DNA of 64,000 nt from Octopus sinensis (taxonomy: Eukaryota). Shown one piece after another: positions 61,127-64,000 of the stretch (positions within the stretch are counted from its first letter, which is position 1; every line of letters starts with the position of its first letter). Position numbers and translations under genes: made by a program. Under the pieces are notes generated by a model that worked only from the letters and a program-made list of their open reading frames with translations, had not been told where the DNA came from and did not search any database. The stretch is taken from NCBI RefSeq assembly GCF_006345805.1, contig NC_043019.1, forward strand, positions 31,061,360 through 31,125,359. The letters are read 5' to 3'.

Positions 61127-61821
61127 ATAAGCGGGACCAGCCATCTGAATGTGGCTAGGGACAGGGCGGGATGGTGGGGGTGTTACTGATGCATTTAGCC
61201 CCAGGCGACTATAGAGATCACCAGGAGAGCCGACACCATCACGGTGTCCTTGCTAGCCTGCAAAGGGAGATCAGCCTCCCCGAAGATACGAATGCTACAC
61301 CGTGATGGTGTCGGCTCTCCTGGTGACGTCTATAGTCGCCTGGGGCTAAATGCATCAGTAACACCCCACCACCCCGCCCTGTCCCTAGCCACATTCAGAT
61401 GGCTGGTCCCGCTTATATTACAGAGCAGTTACTGTTTATACCTCGCTTAGAGATTTATTATTGTTATCGAACAGATTTTCGCCGCCAGTGACTGTGTTTA
61501 CAGTGAAAATCTATATATTTCTAGCCTGTAGAGGAAGTCCCTCAACGAAGAACGGTGTTTGCCATGCGCTGACGAGAGGCAATACCTCGAAACCGGTCCG
61601 TGTGTAGCATTCGTATCTTCGGGGAGGCTGATCTCCCTTTGCAGGCTAGCAAGGACACCGTGATGGTGTCGGCTCTCCTGGTGACGTCTATAGTCGCCTG
61701 GGGCTAAATGCATCAGTAACACCCCCACCACCCCGCCCTGTCCCTAGCCACATTCAGATGGCTGGTCCCGCTTATATTACAGAGCAGTTACTGTTTATAC
61801 CTCGCTTCGAGATTTATTATT
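61127..61821 (+). mobile_element. Non-autonomous Penelope-like/retrozyme element: inverted partial copy + ~358-nt monomer + partial direct copy
   Basis: 61123-61300 is the reverse complement of 61602-61779 (3 differences seen); 61297-61462 recurs at 61655-61821; flanked by identical 12-mers aatatatataat (61115-61126, 61822-61833); no ORF. Confidence 0.85.
61563..61604 (+). ncRNA. Canonical minimal type-I hammerhead ribozyme; predicted cleavage after C61598
   Basis: CAUGCG-CUGACGA-GAGG-caaua-CCUC-GAAA-CCG-GUC^CGUGUG; all core nucleotides intact, 6-bp stem I (2 G-U), 4-bp stem II, palindromic ACCGGU stem III. Confidence 0.85.
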
Positions 61822-61880
61822 AATATATATAATGAATATAATAAAAGTTGACAATTTTTTAAATCTTATAAATTTATTTT

Positions 61881-62276
61881 GTGTGGTAAGTAGCTTGCTT
61901 TCGAACCACACACTTCCGGGTTCAGTCCCAATGTGTGGTACCTTGGGCAAGTGTCTTCTACTATAACCTTGGGCCAACCAAAGCCTTGTGAGTGGATTTG
62001 ATAGATGGAAACTGAACAGAAGCCCATCATATATATGGATATATATATATATATATATATGTGTGTGTATATGTTTATGTGTCTGTGTTTGTCTCCCCAA
62101 CATCGCTTGACAACCGATGCTGATGTGTTTACATCCCCGTAACTTAGTAGTTCGGCAAAAAAGACTGATAGAATTAGTACTAGGCTTACAAAGAATAAGC
62201 ACTGGGGTCGATTTGTTCGACTAAAGGCGGTGTTCCAGCATGGCCACAGTCACATGACTGAAACAAGTAAAAGAGT
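61881..62276 (+). mobile_element. SINE family A nested in the hAT MITE
   Basis: gtgtggtaagtagcttgc...gactgaaacaagtaaaagagta. Confidence 0.9.
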
Positions 62277-63101
62277 ATATAATACAATATTACTTAAGCA
62301 TTTTATAAGCATTTTATAATGTTTCTTTCTTTTCTGGAAACTCACCATTTACCGGTAGCTGACAGTTCACGGACCGGCACCAGTCCACGGACCACTACTT
62401 TTAGTAGCCCTGATATAGAGCATTGAAATAATACACACACTTAAATGAGCAAGATAACATTTTGAGGTTAATCTGACATTTATTTTGTTCCATAACAACA
62501 TGAGATAACATTATCAACTGGTAATTATTTATTTACCAAATTCATGAACCCAACCACAGTGTGGTTCGTTATCCTAATATATCAACATCTAAGCATTCAC
62601 TCCACTTATCTTTTGTATTCACATTGTTTTACCTTCTTGGCTTGCTCCTTCTTTCATTGTTTTAATGCTTAGGAATCTTTTATTTGTTTTGGTCATTGGA
62701 CTGTGGCCATGCTGGGGCAAAGTCCTTGAGAAATTGTAGTTGAACAAATCTACCCTGGGACATGCTTTTTTAAGCCAGTTACTTATTGCTGAAGTGCCAG
62801 GCTACGGGAACGTAAACACACCAACACCAGTTGTCACGCACACACACACACATATAGGCCAACAAACTATAAGGAAAGGCAAAGATCTCAAGTCTTGCCA
62901 TGCCTTAATGATTGTTATCCTCTTTAAACAATTATATATCAACTATATCTGAACTCTGCAATGGCTCCATAACTACTATCTCAGCTATAACCTTGGAACA
63001 CTAGTAATCTGTTACAGCACTTAAGCTAGCGTACCTAATCAGTTAGATCACCTGTGAATTAAACCCCCATATTTTATACATACATATATATGTATATATA
63101 T

Positions 63102-63812
63102 CATCATCATCATCATCATTGTTTAACGACTGCTTTCCATGCTAGCATGGGTTGGACGATTTGACTGAAAACTGGTGAACCAGATGGTTGCACCAGGCTC
63201 AATCTGATCTGGCAGATTTTCTACAGCTGGATGCCCTTCCTAATGCCAACCATTCCAAGAGTATAGTGGGTGCTTTTACAAGCTCCCAGGCATGAAGGCC
63301 AGTTAGGCAGTACTGGCAACAGTGACGCTCAAATGCTGTTTTTTGTGTGCCACTGGCACAGGAGCCAGTCCAGTGGTACTGGCAACAACCTCACTCGAAT
63401 GTCTTTTCACGTGCCACTGGCACAAGTGTCAGTAAGGCGATGCTGGTAATGATCACGCTCGAATGGTGATCTTTACATGCCACCAGCATTGAAGCCAGTT
63501 TGCTGCTCTGGCAACGATCACACTTGGATGGTGCTCTGAGCGTTCCAGTAGCTCGGATGCCAGTCATCAAATTTGGTTTCAATTTCACTTGACTCAACAG
63601 GTCTTTGCAAGCAGAGTTTAGTGTCCAATGAAGGAAAGGTATGCTTAAGTGGGCTGGTTAAATCCCTGACATAGGCTACGAGATTATGGTCTCACTTGGC
63701 TTGCCGGGTCTTCTCAAGCACAGCATATTTCCAAAGCTCCCGGTCACTAGTCATTGCCTCGGTGAGGCCTAATGTTCGAATGTTCAACACCTCATCCCAG
63801 GTCATGCTGGGT
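63102..63812 (-). mobile_element. 5'-truncated RTE LINE (longest family C copy)
   Basis: (CAT)n tail, full UTR, and ORF end cattgcctcggtgaggcctaatgttcg...catcccaggtc. Confidence 0.85.
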
Positions 63813-64000
63813 CTCTCTCTCTATATATATATATGGAATATTTACTATGAAGCATTGTGTAGAGAGTATTGTATAAAGGATCGTGGGTAAGGCCAAAACA
63901 ATGAGAAGTAAATGCAAGGCAAATCACAAGAAAACAAATATGTGAATTAATGTAGACTTACTTTTTATTCAAAATTTCGGGGTTATGACCCCATTGTCTT

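Larger units (their letters stand above)
61012..62412. mobile_element. hAT (Charlie-like) MITE disrupted by two nested insertions
   Basis: TIRs cagtgcttctcaaa / ttttagtagccctg (11/14); 8-bp flanks atgtagac / atatagag (6/8); subterminal ggaccggcaccagtccacggacc. Confidence 0.7.

Overview
AT-rich, repeat-saturated animal genomic DNA, intronic or intergenic. The SINE families, microsatellite load and composition look like Octopus (inference; not verifiable here). I can support no host protein-coding exon. Almost all listed ORFs are microsatellite or low-complexity artefacts. Contents: many copies of three tRNA-headed SINE families, 5'-truncated RTE-type LINE tails, decayed R4/Dong and HERO-like LINE fragments, two Penelope GIY-YIG relics, Tc1/mariner, pogo/Tigger and hAT MITEs, a Helitron end and several satellites. 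The main finding is a set of short non-coding elements carrying minimal type-I hammerhead ribozymes. The best is a young, TSD-flanked 695-bp element (61127-61821) built from a ~358-nt monomer. It has a fully canonical hammerhead (predicted GUC cleavage after 61598), and its inverted copy ends 3 nt from that site, which suggests a retrozyme or non-autonomous Penelope element. Further intact-to-decayed hammerheads of other sequence families lie at ~10.46, 20.08, 32.58, 43.98 (in a tRNA-headed SINE), 46.79 (in a perfect 136-bp-arm palindrome), 58.85 and 60.06 kb. A second highlight is a 1.7-kb satellite (18127-19850) packed with about 20 STAT-type TTC(N3)GAA sites overlapping ETS, NFAT and kappaB-like motifs.
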